The notes under the pieces were generated by a model, which saw only the letters and a list, made by a program, of their open reading frames with translations, was not told the origin of the DNA and did no database searches. This document shows positions 34,207 through 44,468 of a stretch of DNA of 54,411 bases, in pieces (positions within the stretch are counted from its first letter, which is position 1; each line of letters begins with the position of its first letter). This stretch comes from a virus (lineage: Duplodnaviria > Caudoviricetes): IMG/VR virus record IMGVR_UViG_3300032329_000297, positions 1 to 54,411 of that record; one strand, given 5' to 3'. The position numbers and the translations under genes are program-made.

Positions 34207-36495
34207 ATGCCCGGCAACCCGGTACGGCGTAAGCCAGCCCAAGAAACTGACCTGAGCGCAATACCCGGACATCTGACGCCGGAAGAAAGCAAGGCGCAAG
34301 CGCGGCAGGAGAAAGCCGCGATGCAAGCGTACCTTGCGACGATGCCCAAGGGCGATGTTCTGGATGCAATCCGGACTCCGTTTAACGTCATGGGCAATTC
34401 CATGGTCGGGCTTGGCGCTGAGATGCTTGGCAAGGGCAAGGACTTTGAGAAGTACGCTTATATGCCCAAGACGCAGGCGGAGATGAAAGCGCTTGAGGCC
34501 ATGATGGCGGTGATGGGTCCGGGCATGGACCTGATGGACTACCTCAAGATTCCACCGATCGGGCCGGGGCTTCCAACGCTCGCCAGCGCAATGCATGGCG
34601 TTGATACTGCAGCGACAAGGCTAACGGCCCAACAGGCTGCGAGAGCGGCTGCAAACGCCGGGCAGGCGGCAAAGACGGCGGTTAAGGATGTAGCGACCAG
34701 TGACGCTGCATACAACTTAGCGAACAAGGTTGCCACGGCAGCCGGCGCTGCGCCCAAGCAGATCATGATGGGTGAGAATTCTAAGACGTGGAACCACGGC
34801 AACGCCGCGTTAGCGAAGCATATGGAACTACAGGGAGAAAACCCGGAAGCAATTTGGAAAGCGACCGGGACGTTCCGAGGCCCTGACGACCTCTGGAGAC
34901 AAGAGATTCCTGACCTAAACATGAAGTACAGCGCCAGCCCAGTCAGGAGCAGGCAGTACGAGATCGACAGGAAAAGGTACGGTCAAGCCATAGACAAAGC
35001 AACGACACAAGACGAATTACAGGCTGCTCAAAAGTATTACGAAAAACAAAGGAAAAACAATTCCTTAAATTTTATTGGAAAAGCGCAGGAGTTTGTTGAT
35101 CACCCAGAGTTGTTTCAAGCGTATCCAGAACTTGCCAATTACGCGTTCAGAGAATTGGAGCCAACGCACAAAAAATTTACTGCACCTGAAAATGTTTACG
35201 GGTTTTATTCTCCGGGGCGGCAAAGTATTACAGTAAACACTGACGCGCCATTCAAACGGTCAACCGCGTTGCATGAACTGCAACACGCAATCCAAGAGAT
35301 TGAAGGATGGCAAGGCGGGTCAAGCCCTCAAGAAATGGCCGCCAGACTGGCGGATCGAAACATAGCCAAGACCAGAGAGGCGGATCTTCTCCAGTCAATT
35401 CAAAATATGCAAAAAACATTGCCGCCTTCTGCTAACAATTTAATTTTGACTGAAGGGCAAAAGTTAAAAAACATTCAAGACTTTCTAAACAAAACAAAAC
35501 AACTCGAAGGCGAAACCGATCCATACGACGCTTATCGCAAGGTTTCTGGCGAAGAAGAGGCCCGAATGATTCAGGCAAGGCGCGATTACCCGGAAGAAAA
35601 ACTAACGGAGCGCCATCCATTTTTAGATTACGAAGCCCCTCCGTCAACTCACATTACCGAGTTTGCTGGCGGGGGTGAGGTTCACATGGGCGGCGGTGGA
35701 AGGGTTGGCATTCTTGGCGCCATGGAAAGAACCGCGGCAAGGGGAATGGAACGCGCAATGCAGGGGGCGCTTCCGCAAGTAAACCGCATTGATATGCACT
35801 ACAAGGACGTTGGCAAGCGCGTGCCTGAGTTAACGGAAGCGGCCCAGAGGGTGGCGAGGGGCGAGGCTACGGCGGCCGATTACGACACGGTGGTGAACAA
35901 ATTCAAGCCGGTAACGCCCTACTCGTTTGTGCCTGCGCCGGCAACGACTGAAGATGCTATGAGAGCGCTCAACAAGACCAAGCGCCTGATGTACGGCAAG
36001 ACTAACGAGATCCAGCCGGGAGAGATTGCGGACTTGCGGCTAGACATTCCTTCGTATCAGAACCATGGGGTATGGATCAACTCAATCCACCGAGACAAAC
36101 AGCCTACGGTGTACGGATCTTATTCGTCGGTAAAGAACGCTCGGATGTTCGGTGCTCCGGACAGAGCGTTCAGGGTAGCGACCGGCGAGGCGCAGAAGGG
36201 TCCATGGGCAACGATCAGCGGCGAGTGGAATCCAATGGATGAGGCCACCGCGGTGAAGAACGCCCAGCAGTATCTGACGCACGAGGACTGGCGTCAGGTT
36301 GGGTACGACCCGGAGCGGCACGGTTATTTCTACGATCGCCATACGATGGAGCCGGTTACCGGCGCCGAGGAAGTGTTGCAAATTGGACCGCTAGTGTTGG
36401 CCAAGAAACCAATTTATGGCGTAAAGGCGGAACAAAAGTTTGCAGAGGGCGGGGTTACAATTGACGAATTCCTCAAACGGATGAAGGAAAAGTAA
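34207..36495 (+). CDS. Polyvalent-type protein: LPD23-like zincin metallopeptidase domain plus a second unknown domain
   Basis: W..TG.FRG.D..WR.EI.D, HPELF.AYP.L, LHELQHAIQ..EG...G, GE.EAR....R; domains separated by FAGGG. Confidence 0.75.
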   Translation: MPGNPVRRKPAQETDLSAIPGHLTPEESKAQARQEKAAMQAYLATMPKGDVLDAIRTPFNVMGNSMVGLGAEMLGKGKDFEKYAYMPKTQAEMKALEAMMAVMGPGMDLMDYLKIPPIGPGLPTLASAMHGVDTAATRLTAQQAARAAANAGQAAKTAVKDVATSDAAYNLANKVATAAGAAPKQIMMGENSKTWNHGNAALAKHMELQGENPEAIWKATGTFRGPDDLWRQEIPDLNMKYSASPVRSRQYEIDRKRYGQAIDKATTQDELQAAQKYYEKQRKNNSLNFIGKAQEFVDHPELFQAYPELANYAFRELEPTHKKFTAPENVYGFYSPGRQSITVNTDAPFKRSTALHELQHAIQEIEGWQGGSSPQEMAARLADRNIAKTREADLLQSIQNMQKTLPPSANNLILTEGQKLKNIQDFLNKTKQLEGETDPYDAYRKVSGEEEARMIQARRDYPEEKLTERHPFLDYEAPPSTHITEFAGGGEVHMGGGGRVGILGAMERTAARGMERAMQGALPQVNRIDMHYKDVGKRVPELTEAAQRVARGEATAADYDTVVNKFKPVTPYSFVPAPATTEDAMRALNKTKRLMYGKTNEIQPGEIADLRLDIPSYQNHGVWINSIHRDKQPTVYGSYSSVKNARMFGAPDRAFRVATGEAQKGPWATISGEWNPMDEATAVKNAQQYLTHEDWRQVGYDPERHGYFYDRHTMEPVTGAEEVLQIGPLVLAKKPIYGVKAEQKFAEGGVTIDEFLKRMKEK

Positions 36496-38909
36496 TGGCT
36501 TTCAAAGAAGCAGCCAAAGCGCTCTTGTTTGGCCCGGCACAAAAATCCGAGGCCAAGATGATGAAACTGGCTGCGGAGGCTGCAGCAAAAGCAGCGGCAG
36601 CAGATGCCAAAGCCGCGGAACAAGCGGCGCTTGCCAGAACGGCCGACCAGATCCAATCATCTTTGACGGCGGCCGGCTCCCCGCAAGGCAAGGCTCAAAC
36701 GCAAGCGCTGCGGCTGGCCAATGCCAAAGTTCAATCTGGCGAGCCAGAACTGCGCGGCGCCCTACGCCCGGCCAACACGCCGGTGCGCGGTCAGACCGGC
36801 CGGGAACTGAAGCAGGCTCAAAAGAGCCAACTGAGTGAACAACAACAAGAAAAGTTGGATGTTCTGTCTCGGCAGTACCCAACCTTTGGTGAATCGGCGC
36901 AGTTTATGACCCCGCAGGAAATCGGCAAGGTAATTGCCAATCCTGAAGGCGTTAAAGAGATGAACCGCCTGCTGGATATCCTGCCACGGGCAAGTGAGTT
37001 GGCCAGCGTGGCAAAAGCAGGGGAAGCCAAGAAGGGCTGGTATCGGGCAAGCACGCAGGCGTTGATGGACGTGTTCGGCGCGGACGCTCCGCGGTTTGCG
37101 TCATTGCTGGCGGCTATGTCACCGCAGACATCCGTCGAGATGAACTTGCTCAACGCGCTGAACACTTGGAAGAACTGGACTGCAGCCGGCCGCCCCAAAG
37201 ACCCAAGGGCGATCAACGAGATCATGGGCCGCAGCGTGTTGGGCAACAAGGGCGAAGAATCTGTGCTGGACGCATGGAAGAACAACGCCCACCGCGCACT
37301 GATAGCGGACGATCCATCGAAAGTGACGTTGTCCGGGCCGAAGGTTGACTCGTTTTATCGGAACCTTGCTGATGACGTTTATCGGGTAACAAATGACGCA
37401 TGGATGGCCAACGGGCTAGGCGTCAACCAAGGGCTGTTTAGCGGCTCTCCAACGGCCATTCAGATCGCCCGTGGAGATCCGGGCCTGACGCCGGGTTATG
37501 TCGGCACCAGCGCCCGTTTACGCGAGGCTGGGCAGCAAGCAAATATGTTCCCGGCTGAGGCGCAAGAAACCACTTGGTCGCTTTTCAAACCGCTCTACGA
37601 GTTGCAAGAAGAAACCGGTCTGCCGGCGCGGGAAATTCTGCAGCGTGGATTGTTGACGCCTGAATCTATTCGGGGCACGCCAGACTTTTCGACGTTGTTG
37701 CGCGATCCGCGGTACGGCAGCATTCTTGAAGAAGCCGGATATGGCCAACAGTTGGAACGGATGCGTCCGCATCAATGGGGCGATCCTCGGATGGATCTGT
37801 CGCTTGACGAGCAACGCGATCTTGACCGGGCGGCGGAGCGGCTAGAGAGGCTCAAGTCTGGCCGGGAAAGGGAAAGCCGGGGCAAAGTGTTTGCAATGCC
37901 TGAAGAGCGACCGGAGAATGTTTTTGGGTTTGCAACCCCTGAGTACATTCCGGGGTATGGAACCGGGCATTTGGGAAGCCTGATTGAAGCACCGTATGGT
38001 TCGCGGCAGAACTTTAGTTCTCGGGCGTCAACGGCGTTTAAGGACGTTGAAGGTCGGGACGTATTGCACGGTGCTTTAGGACTCAAAGGTCTGAAAACGC
38101 GAGGGATGCAAGGCGCGTTCCGGCCGTCCGGCGATGTTCCGTTTGCTGGCGGCTACCTTGGCGGAGAGTCAAGGGCCGGCCGGAAGCCAGTTGAAAGCCA
38201 ACCGGGATTTGCGCTTGGGTTTGAAACTCCAGTGACGCAAGATCTAGATATTCCGGCGTCAATCAAAAACAAGGTGATGGCCGCGGAGGCTCTTCGAGGA
38301 CTAACAACCTTTCAGTTAGGTTCTCCGTATAACGTGCAAATTCCAAACAAACGGGGCAAAAGTTTTTTTGTTCCTTTGGAAGGAAAAGCGGACAGAGAGC
38401 GCATGGCATTGTCTGCAGCCCTTCAAGGGGACGATTCGGCGTTGGCGGATACCGGGTATGGAACTGCATTTTTGAACTTTACCGGCAAGTCTCTTCCCGA
38501 AAAAGAACGAATGCTCATTGCCAATCGTCTTGGCGGACAGGACTACATCCCGACTAAAAACGTAAGTGATTACGTTGATTATTCAACCGAACTTTTGGGC
38601 CCCCAAGGAAGCGGGGCTGCAACAAGAAAAATGCTCGGTTATGTGAACAAACTTCCTGCTGCAGATCAAGCGGCGTTGAGTCAAGCAGCAATGGCCCCTG
38701 CAGAAGAACTGTATAGTTTGTTTGAATCCACAGCAAAATCCAAAGGCGATCAAACGCGAAGCGATCTAATGAATCTTCTTCGCGTGTTGGGGTCACGAGG
38801 CATCCCCGGTGTTGCCGCTGGTCTTGCTGCAGGCGAAGCGTTCCCCGCAGAGGAGACTAAGAAGACCGGCGGACTCGCGGCCCTGCAAAATAGGAGGGCC
38901 CCATACTGA
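36495..38909 (+). CDS. Polyvalent-type protein with a putative HhH-glycosylase-like domain (WY...A.SP...N...GPK..F..N...T.D.W)
   Basis: GWY, LAAMSPQ, LSGPKVDSFYRNL, VTNDAWM, AQETTW motifs. Confidence 0.55.
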   Translation: MAFKEAAKALLFGPAQKSEAKMMKLAAEAAAKAAAADAKAAEQAALARTADQIQSSLTAAGSPQGKAQTQALRLANAKVQSGEPELRGALRPANTPVRGQTGRELKQAQKSQLSEQQQEKLDVLSRQYPTFGESAQFMTPQEIGKVIANPEGVKEMNRLLDILPRASELASVAKAGEAKKGWYRASTQALMDVFGADAPRFASLLAAMSPQTSVEMNLLNALNTWKNWTAAGRPKDPRAINEIMGRSVLGNKGEESVLDAWKNNAHRALIADDPSKVTLSGPKVDSFYRNLADDVYRVTNDAWMANGLGVNQGLFSGSPTAIQIARGDPGLTPGYVGTSARLREAGQQANMFPAEAQETTWSLFKPLYELQEETGLPAREILQRGLLTPESIRGTPDFSTLLRDPRYGSILEEAGYGQQLERMRPHQWGDPRMDLSLDEQRDLDRAAERLERLKSGRERESRGKVFAMPEERPENVFGFATPEYIPGYGTGHLGSLIEAPYGSRQNFSSRASTAFKDVEGRDVLHGALGLKGLKTRGMQGAFRPSGDVPFAGGYLGGESRAGRKPVESQPGFALGFETPVTQDLDIPASIKNKVMAAEALRGLTTFQLGSPYNVQIPNKRGKSFFVPLEGKADRERMALSAALQGDDSALADTGYGTAFLNFTGKSLPEKERMLIANRLGGQDYIPTKNVSDYVDYSTELLGPQGSGAATRKMLGYVNKLPAADQAALSQAAMAPAEELYSLFESTAKSKGDQTRSDLMNLLRVLGSRGIPGVAAGLAAGEAFPAEETKKTGGLAALQNRRAPY

Positions 38910-39075
38910 GGGCCTTTCGGGCGCGTTCTAGTGCGTCGGTTGGCGGGTCCACCCAACCAACACGATAAAACACGCCTGCGACCCGTTGGCCATCTTCTTG
39001 GGTGTAACGAACGTGAATGAAATCCCCGTCATCTTCCCAGTAGGTAACTTTTGCTTTTCGTTCCTTGTTTTCCAT
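38857..39075 (-). CDS. Small antisense-strand protein convergent with the 36495 gene
   Basis: ATG 39075 after GGAG; TGn-TATATT -10 upstream; fills the only gap in the operon. Confidence 0.55.
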   Translation of the reverse strand: MENKERKAKVTYWEDDGDFIHVRYTQEDGQRVAGVFYRVGWVDPPTDALERARKALSMGPSYFAGPRVRRSS

Positions 39076-39132
39076 GATTCTCTCCAGTAACACATGATTT
39101 GTGTGCTGAAAATATAACACGGACTTACACAG

Positions 39133-41676
39133 ATGGCCACCGAGTTCCCGATTGATCCCGAATACAACAGGTTTGTTGACGGCGAACCGCAGGACGCTGG
39201 CGCTGAAGAGCCCGGCGAAGAGATGAACCTTGAAGGTTCAGAGATTGAGGAACTGCCTGACGGGTCTGCTGTAGTAACTCTGCAGACAGAAGGTCCGCTA
39301 GATAACGAGGACTTCTACCAGAACCTCGCGGACAGTGCGGACTTCGACTTCATCGAACTTGACGGGATTGCCCTGCAATACATTGAGTATGCAGAGAAGG
39401 ACAAAGAGGCCCGGAAGGAGCGCGACAAGCAGTACGAGGATGGCATCCGGCGCACTGGCTTGGGTAATGACGCACCCGGCGGGGCCAATTTCAACGGTGC
39501 AAGCAAGGTAGTCCACCCGGCAATGGCCGAGGCTTGCGTTGATTTTGCTGCGCGGTCCATCAAGGAGATGTTCCCGCCTGACGGTCCGACCAAGACCAAG
39601 ATTTTGGGCGACGTTGACGACGAGAAAACCAAGTCGGCCGAGCGCAAAGTTGAGTTCATGAACTGGCAGTTGACTGACCAGATTGAAGAATTTAGGGATG
39701 AGCAGGAGCAGATGCTCACGCAGTTGCCTTTAGGCGGCAGCCAGTACATCAAACTCTGGTACGACGAGAAAAAGAAGCGCCCGTGCGCTGAGTTTCTGCC
39801 AATTGACAACGTCCTAATCCCGTTTGCGGCCGGAAATTTCTATACGGCCCAACGAGTTACGGAAGTTCACGACATTTCCGACTACGAATTCAAGAACCGT
39901 GTGCGTTCTGGACTGTACCGGGACGTGGATTTTGTCAAAACTAGCATTGAGCCGGAGCAGACGGGGCCGCAAAAGGCCACCGACAAGATTGAGGGCAAGC
40001 GTTCTGGCGACAACGAAGACGGAATCCGGCGTGTATACCATGTCTACACATGGTTGGAACTGGATGATGACCCCTACACCAAGGGTGAGAGTGCTCCGTA
40101 CATCCTGATGATTGACGACCAGAACACTGAGGTGATTGGTCTGTACCGCAACTGGGAGGAAGGCGATGAAACAATGGCCAAACTCGACTGGATTGCGGAG
40201 TTTAAGTTTATCCCGTGGCGAGGCGCTTATGCTGTTGGGCTGCCTCATCTTATTGGTGGTCTATCTGCTGCTCTTACAGGGTCTCTGAGAGCCCTTCTGG
40301 ACACCGCGCACATTAGTAACGCAGCCACGATGCTGAAACTGAAGGGTGCAAAAGTCTCGGGGCAGTCGCAGCAGGTTGAAGTCACGCAGGTTAACGAGAT
40401 TGAAGCAGCGCCGGGGGTGGATGACATCCGCAAACTGGCCATGCCGATGCCGTTCAACCCGCCGAGCCCGGTTTTGTTTGAGTTGTTGCAGTGGCTGACG
40501 CTGCAGGCCAAGGGTGTAATCACCACCGCGGAAGAAAAGATTGCGGATGTTAACTCCAACACGCCTGTTGGGACCACTCAGGCGTTGATTGAGCAGGGCG
40601 CGGCTGTTTTCTCGGCCATTCACGCCCGTTTGCATGAGTCGCAGGGCAAAGTTCTCAAGATTCTCAGCCGAATCAATCGTTGGTATCTCGACGACATGAG
40701 GAAAGGCGAGATTGTTGAGGATTTAGAGATCCGGCGTGAGGATTTTGCCCGGATGACGGACGTGGTGCCGGTTTCTGACCCGCATATCTTCTCGGAAACC
40801 CAGCGGATGGCCCAAACGCAGGCCGTCATGTCTCTGATGGAGAAGAATCCGGACCTATTTAACCGCCGGGCGGTGCTGCAGCGCTTCTTGAAGCAAATCA
40901 AGGTGCCGGGCATCAACGAACTGATGACGGAAGTGCCATCGCCGGAAAAAGCGGACGCGGCAACGGAGAATGTGGCCATGACGATCGGTCAGGCAGCGTT
41001 TGCGTTCCCTGAGCAGGACCATCTAGCGCACATTCAGGCGCATTTGGACTTTGCCAAGGACCCAGTGCTAGGGCAGAACCCGTTAATCGCTCCTGCGTTC
41101 ATTCCCAAGGCCATGGACCACGTCAAACAGCACTTGACGCTGTGGTACTTGAACCGGATGAACGGGTACGTTGAAAAGGCAATGGGCAAAAAGCCTGAAG
41201 ACTATGACGACGTGCAGGATCCCAAGACCATGGACAAGTTGTACGGGGTTGCTTCGCAGCACGTCACCATGGACACCCAGCAGACGTTCCAAGGAATTAT
41301 GCAGGTTGTTCAGCAAATGGTTGAGGCGCAGCAGCAGTACAAGCCCAAGCCTGAAATGGACGCCGCGGATCAAGTGCTGATGCAGACCTCTATGGCCGAG
41401 ACGCAGCGCCGGGCGCAGCGCGATCAGGCCGAGATGCAACTGAAGGGTCAGGAGTCCAGTGCAAAATTGCAAATGGAGATGGCCAAGTTGCAGCAGAAAC
41501 AAGCCATGGACATGGAAGAGATGCAGTTGCGTCTGGCCATTGCCACTGGCGACATGAACATGAAGGAGCGCATTGAGTCGGCCCGTTTGACGCGGGACGC
41601 AGCAAGGCTCTCTCATGACCGCGAGAAGACCGCTTTTGAGTTAGTCAACCAAGGAGGCCAGTATGGCTACCAGTGA
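39133..41676 (+). CDS. Portal protein
   Basis: GAS.V.HP...EA...F.AR..KE.FP..GP; F.PW...Y..GL.HL.GG; PVGTT.AL.EQG..V.SAIH.RLH. Confidence 0.9.
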   Translation: MATEFPIDPEYNRFVDGEPQDAGAEEPGEEMNLEGSEIEELPDGSAVVTLQTEGPLDNEDFYQNLADSADFDFIELDGIALQYIEYAEKDKEARKERDKQYEDGIRRTGLGNDAPGGANFNGASKVVHPAMAEACVDFAARSIKEMFPPDGPTKTKILGDVDDEKTKSAERKVEFMNWQLTDQIEEFRDEQEQMLTQLPLGGSQYIKLWYDEKKKRPCAEFLPIDNVLIPFAAGNFYTAQRVTEVHDISDYEFKNRVRSGLYRDVDFVKTSIEPEQTGPQKATDKIEGKRSGDNEDGIRRVYHVYTWLELDDDPYTKGESAPYILMIDDQNTEVIGLYRNWEEGDETMAKLDWIAEFKFIPWRGAYAVGLPHLIGGLSAALTGSLRALLDTAHISNAATMLKLKGAKVSGQSQQVEVTQVNEIEAAPGVDDIRKLAMPMPFNPPSPVLFELLQWLTLQAKGVITTAEEKIADVNSNTPVGTTQALIEQGAAVFSAIHARLHESQGKVLKILSRINRWYLDDMRKGEIVEDLEIRREDFARMTDVVPVSDPHIFSETQRMAQTQAVMSLMEKNPDLFNRRAVLQRFLKQIKVPGINELMTEVPSPEKADAATENVAMTIGQAAFAFPEQDHLAHIQAHLDFAKDPVLGQNPLIAPAFIPKAMDHVKQHLTLWYLNRMNGYVEKAMGKKPEDYDDVQDPKTMDKLYGVASQHVTMDTQQTFQGIMQVVQQMVEAQQQYKPKPEMDAADQVLMQTSMAETQRRAQRDQAEMQLKGQESSAKLQMEMAKLQQKQAMDMEEMQLRLAIATGDMNMKERIESARLTRDAARLSHDREKTAFELVNQGGQYGYQ

Positions 41677-41794
41677 TGCAGAGCAGAAGGGACCAATGGT
41701 TCCGCAACACAAGCGCATGGCAGCAGGCGCTCCCGTAAACAACCAACCAGCACAGAAAGAGGGCGGACTATCGCAAGCAAAACCTAAGAAATGA
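41663..41794 (+). CDS. Small basic 43-aa protein
   Basis: Translated by hand (MATSDAEQKG..VPQHKRMA.G...QKEGGL..KPKK); RBS AAGGAGG. Confidence 0.6.
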   Translation: MATSDAEQKGPMVPQHKRMAAGAPVNNQPAQKEGGLSQAKPKK

Positions 41795-41970
41795 GAACGC
41801 TGGCGGACCTAATTGGCGGAATCAAGTCAAAGCAGTTTGAAATTGCTGCGTCCCTTGCTGCTGGAAATGCGGTGAACTGGGAGGCTTATATCCGTATGGT
41901 TGGGCACCATGCCGGGCTGCAAGAAGCCCTTGAAATCCTTAACTCCTTGATGGAAGAAGACGATGAGTAA
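41791..41970 (+). CDS. Conserved 59-aa protein preceding GroES
   Basis: Translated by hand; L..G....WE.Y..MVG...GL; coupled. Confidence 0.65.
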   Translation: MRTLADLIGGIKSKQFEIAASLAAGNAVNWEAYIRMVGHHAGLQEALEILNSLMEEDDE

Positions 41971-42394
41971 CCCAGAAGCGCTGAAAGAAAGCGCTGAGTT
42001 GGCTTGGGCGTTTCCAAGCGTTGACCCCGGTGCCAAGCCTCTTGGCGGACGGATCCTTGTGCAACTGCGCCGGACTAAGAAGAAGACTTCTGGCTCCGGC
42101 ATCATTTTGGTTGAAGAGACCAAAGAAACTGAGAAGTGGCAGAACATGGTGGCCAAGGTCATTCATGTCGGGCCGCTGGCGTTTAAACACCGCGACACAA
42201 TGCAATCATGGCCGGAAGGCTCATGGTGTGAGCCCGGTGACTTTATTCGCGTTCCCAAGTGGGGTGGCGATCGCTGGGAAGTTGCTGTTCCGAGTGAGCC
42301 TGATGAAGACCCGGCGTTGTTTGCCGTCTTCAATGATCACGAGATGATTGCCAAAGTGACGGGCGATCCTTTGACCATGAAGGCTTACCTATGA
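41963..42394 (+). CDS. groES: Co-chaperonin GroES
   Basis: KPLG.RILV...KT.SGIIL...V..VGP...WC..GD...ND.E.IA. Confidence 0.88.
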   Translation: MSNPEALKESAELAWAFPSVDPGAKPLGGRILVQLRRTKKKTSGSGIILVEETKETEKWQNMVAKVIHVGPLAFKHRDTMQSWPEGSWCEPGDFIRVPKWGGDRWEVAVPSEPDEDPALFAVFNDHEMIAKVTGDPLTMKAYL

Positions 42395-43323
42395 GCGAAG
42401 ATCAGAAACCCGATCACCTCGAAGTCACCGAGGAACAAGACGGTTCGGCTTCGGTTGAACTGCCCGATAACATTGAGAACCCTCAGATCGAGGCCAGAGA
42501 CGCGCAGGACGCCGATGGTGATGTAGACCACCCGGATGATTCTGATGCGGTCAGAGAGGCCCGCAGGAACCGGCGTAGGGCTAAGAAGGACTACATCAAG
42601 CGCACCAACGAGGAAAAAGACTCCCGGTTGACTCACCTGCAGCGGCAGAACCAAGAGTTGATGGAGCGTTTGGCAGTAGTTGAGCGCAAGTCCTATGCGT
42701 CTGACTTGGCGCGGCTTGACAAGGCCATGGAGGATGAAGAACTCCGGTTGAATTACGCCACGGCCAAGATGCGCGAGGCGACGGACAGTGCTAACGGTGC
42801 AGCGTTTACCCAAGCGCAGCAAATGTGGTACGACTCCAAGCGCAAGATTGAAGCGATGGAGCAGTTCAAACACCGTGCTGTATCCGCGGGCGACAAAGAA
42901 GAAGGCGCAGCCAATCCGCAATTGGTCCGACAGGCCAATAAGTGGATGGAGCGCAATTCTTGGTATGACCCCAAGGGCGGTGATGAGGATTCTCAAATCG
43001 CCAAAGTGATTGACAATAGGCTTGCTGAAGAAGGGTATGACCCATCTTCAAGCGATTATTGGGAAGAACTTGATAGTCGCTTGCAAAAACGACTCCCTCA
43101 TCTGTACAATCAACGTAGTAGTGAACCAACAAGGAGCAGACCTAGAAGCGTGGTAACTGGAACGGGTAGGGAAACGGGTAGAGCCTCTGGGGGCAACACC
43201 TTTGTTCTTGATCCGGAGCAGGTGCGTGCGATGAAGGACGCGGGACTTTGGGATGATCCAGAGAAACGTGCCCGGATGATCAAACGCTACGCAGCAGAAG
43301 CCAAACTTAATAGGAATGCTTGA
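42391..43323 (+). CDS. Capsid scaffolding protein
   Basis: Acidic N-terminus, coiled coil, W..RN.W and Y.EELD.RL motifs; position. Confidence 0.75.
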   Translation: MSEDQKPDHLEVTEEQDGSASVELPDNIENPQIEARDAQDADGDVDHPDDSDAVREARRNRRRAKKDYIKRTNEEKDSRLTHLQRQNQELMERLAVVERKSYASDLARLDKAMEDEELRLNYATAKMREATDSANGAAFTQAQQMWYDSKRKIEAMEQFKHRAVSAGDKEEGAANPQLVRQANKWMERNSWYDPKGGDEDSQIAKVIDNRLAEEGYDPSSSDYWEELDSRLQKRLPHLYNQRSSEPTRSRPRSVVTGTGRETGRASGGNTFVLDPEQVRAMKDAGLWDDPEKRARMIKRYAAEAKLNRNA

Positions 43324-43324
43324 A

Positions 43325-43867
43325 ATGGACTCACGACTTAAAAAATCTCTCAGCGCCGGTGGACGCGAAACTCGCGCAAGCGAGGACGCAGAACGCGGAC
43401 CTGTTGAAGAGAAGTTCATGACCGCGCAGGAACGTCGCAGGATGTGGAGCGAGGAGTGGACACAAAGTGCGCTGCCAAAGGTTCCGGAGATTCCGGGATG
43501 GCACCTTTGCTGGCTATCGACGACCAACAGTTACGACAGTATTGATAAGCGGATCAGACTTGGGTACGTTCCCGTGAAAGCGGATGAGTTGCCGGGGTTT
43601 GACAATTACCGTGTAAAGGCTGGCGAGGACACGGGTTTCATTGCTTGCAACGAGATGCGTCTGTACAAACTCCCTATGGATTTGTATCAGGACATTATGT
43701 TGCAAATGCACCATGAGATGCCCAACGACGAGTCGGACAAGATCCGGTTACAAGTTGAGAATCTTCAGGGTGCGCGTGACAGTTCAGGCAGAAGTCTGGG
43801 CAAGGTCGAAGGCGAAGGCTTTGGCGAATTGGACCGAACTGTTAGAACGCCGGTATTTTCCGGTTAA
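43325..43867 (+). CDS. Conserved head-module protein
   Basis: LP..P...GW...W...R..GY.PV; position before the capsid genes. Confidence 0.7.
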   Translation: MDSRLKKSLSAGGRETRASEDAERGPVEEKFMTAQERRRMWSEEWTQSALPKVPEIPGWHLCWLSTTNSYDSIDKRIRLGYVPVKADELPGFDNYRVKAGEDTGFIACNEMRLYKLPMDLYQDIMLQMHHEMPNDESDKIRLQVENLQGARDSSGRSLGKVEGEGFGELDRTVRTPVFSG

Positions 43868-43882
43868 CAAAGGAGTTTTGCT

Positions 43883-44455
43883 ATGTCAGCAACAAACGCT
43901 CCGTTCGGCTTGCGCCCCTCGTTCCACCCGTCTGGTCTGGATCGGGCTATCGCGCTCGCTAACGGTATCGCCAGTGGTTATTCCACGGGCATTCTCAAGG
44001 GGCAACCAGTTGCCCTGAACACGTCCGGCAACATCATTGCCGCAACGGCTGGCAGCGCCTATCAGGGTGCTTTTGCTGGTCACGAGTGGACTGACGTTTC
44101 TGGCCGCCGCCAAATCAGCAACCAGTGGGTCGCAAGCACGGCCTACACGACCGGTTCTGAAGTCACCTACTACTACTCAGATCCAGCGATTGTCTATGAC
44201 ATTCAGGCTGACGGTAGTTTGGCTCAAACCTCAATTGGTGATCAGGCTAACTTCTCCAACATCGCTGCTGGCTCGACCACCACTGGTCTGTCGCAATGCA
44301 CCATTTCGACCAGTCTTGCTGGTTCGGGTGCTGTTGGCGATCTGCGGATCATCAATCTTTCCCCCGGCGTTGATAATGCTTGGGGCGATGCGTACACGGT
44401 TGTTCAGGTTCAAGTGAGCCGCAGCCAGTACGTTGCAACCATCAACGCATTCTAA
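43883..44455 (+). CDS. Capsid decoration/cement protein
   Basis: NAPFGLRP...G.F.G...DP...Y.IQ; directly upstream of the MCP. Confidence 0.7.
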   Translation: MSATNAPFGLRPSFHPSGLDRAIALANGIASGYSTGILKGQPVALNTSGNIIAATAGSAYQGAFAGHEWTDVSGRRQISNQWVASTAYTTGSEVTYYYSDPAIVYDIQADGSLAQTSIGDQANFSNIAAGSTTTGLSQCTISTSLAGSGAVGDLRIINLSPGVDNAWGDAYTVVQVQVSRSQYVATINAF

Positions 44456-44468
44456 GGAGGGGTAAGTC

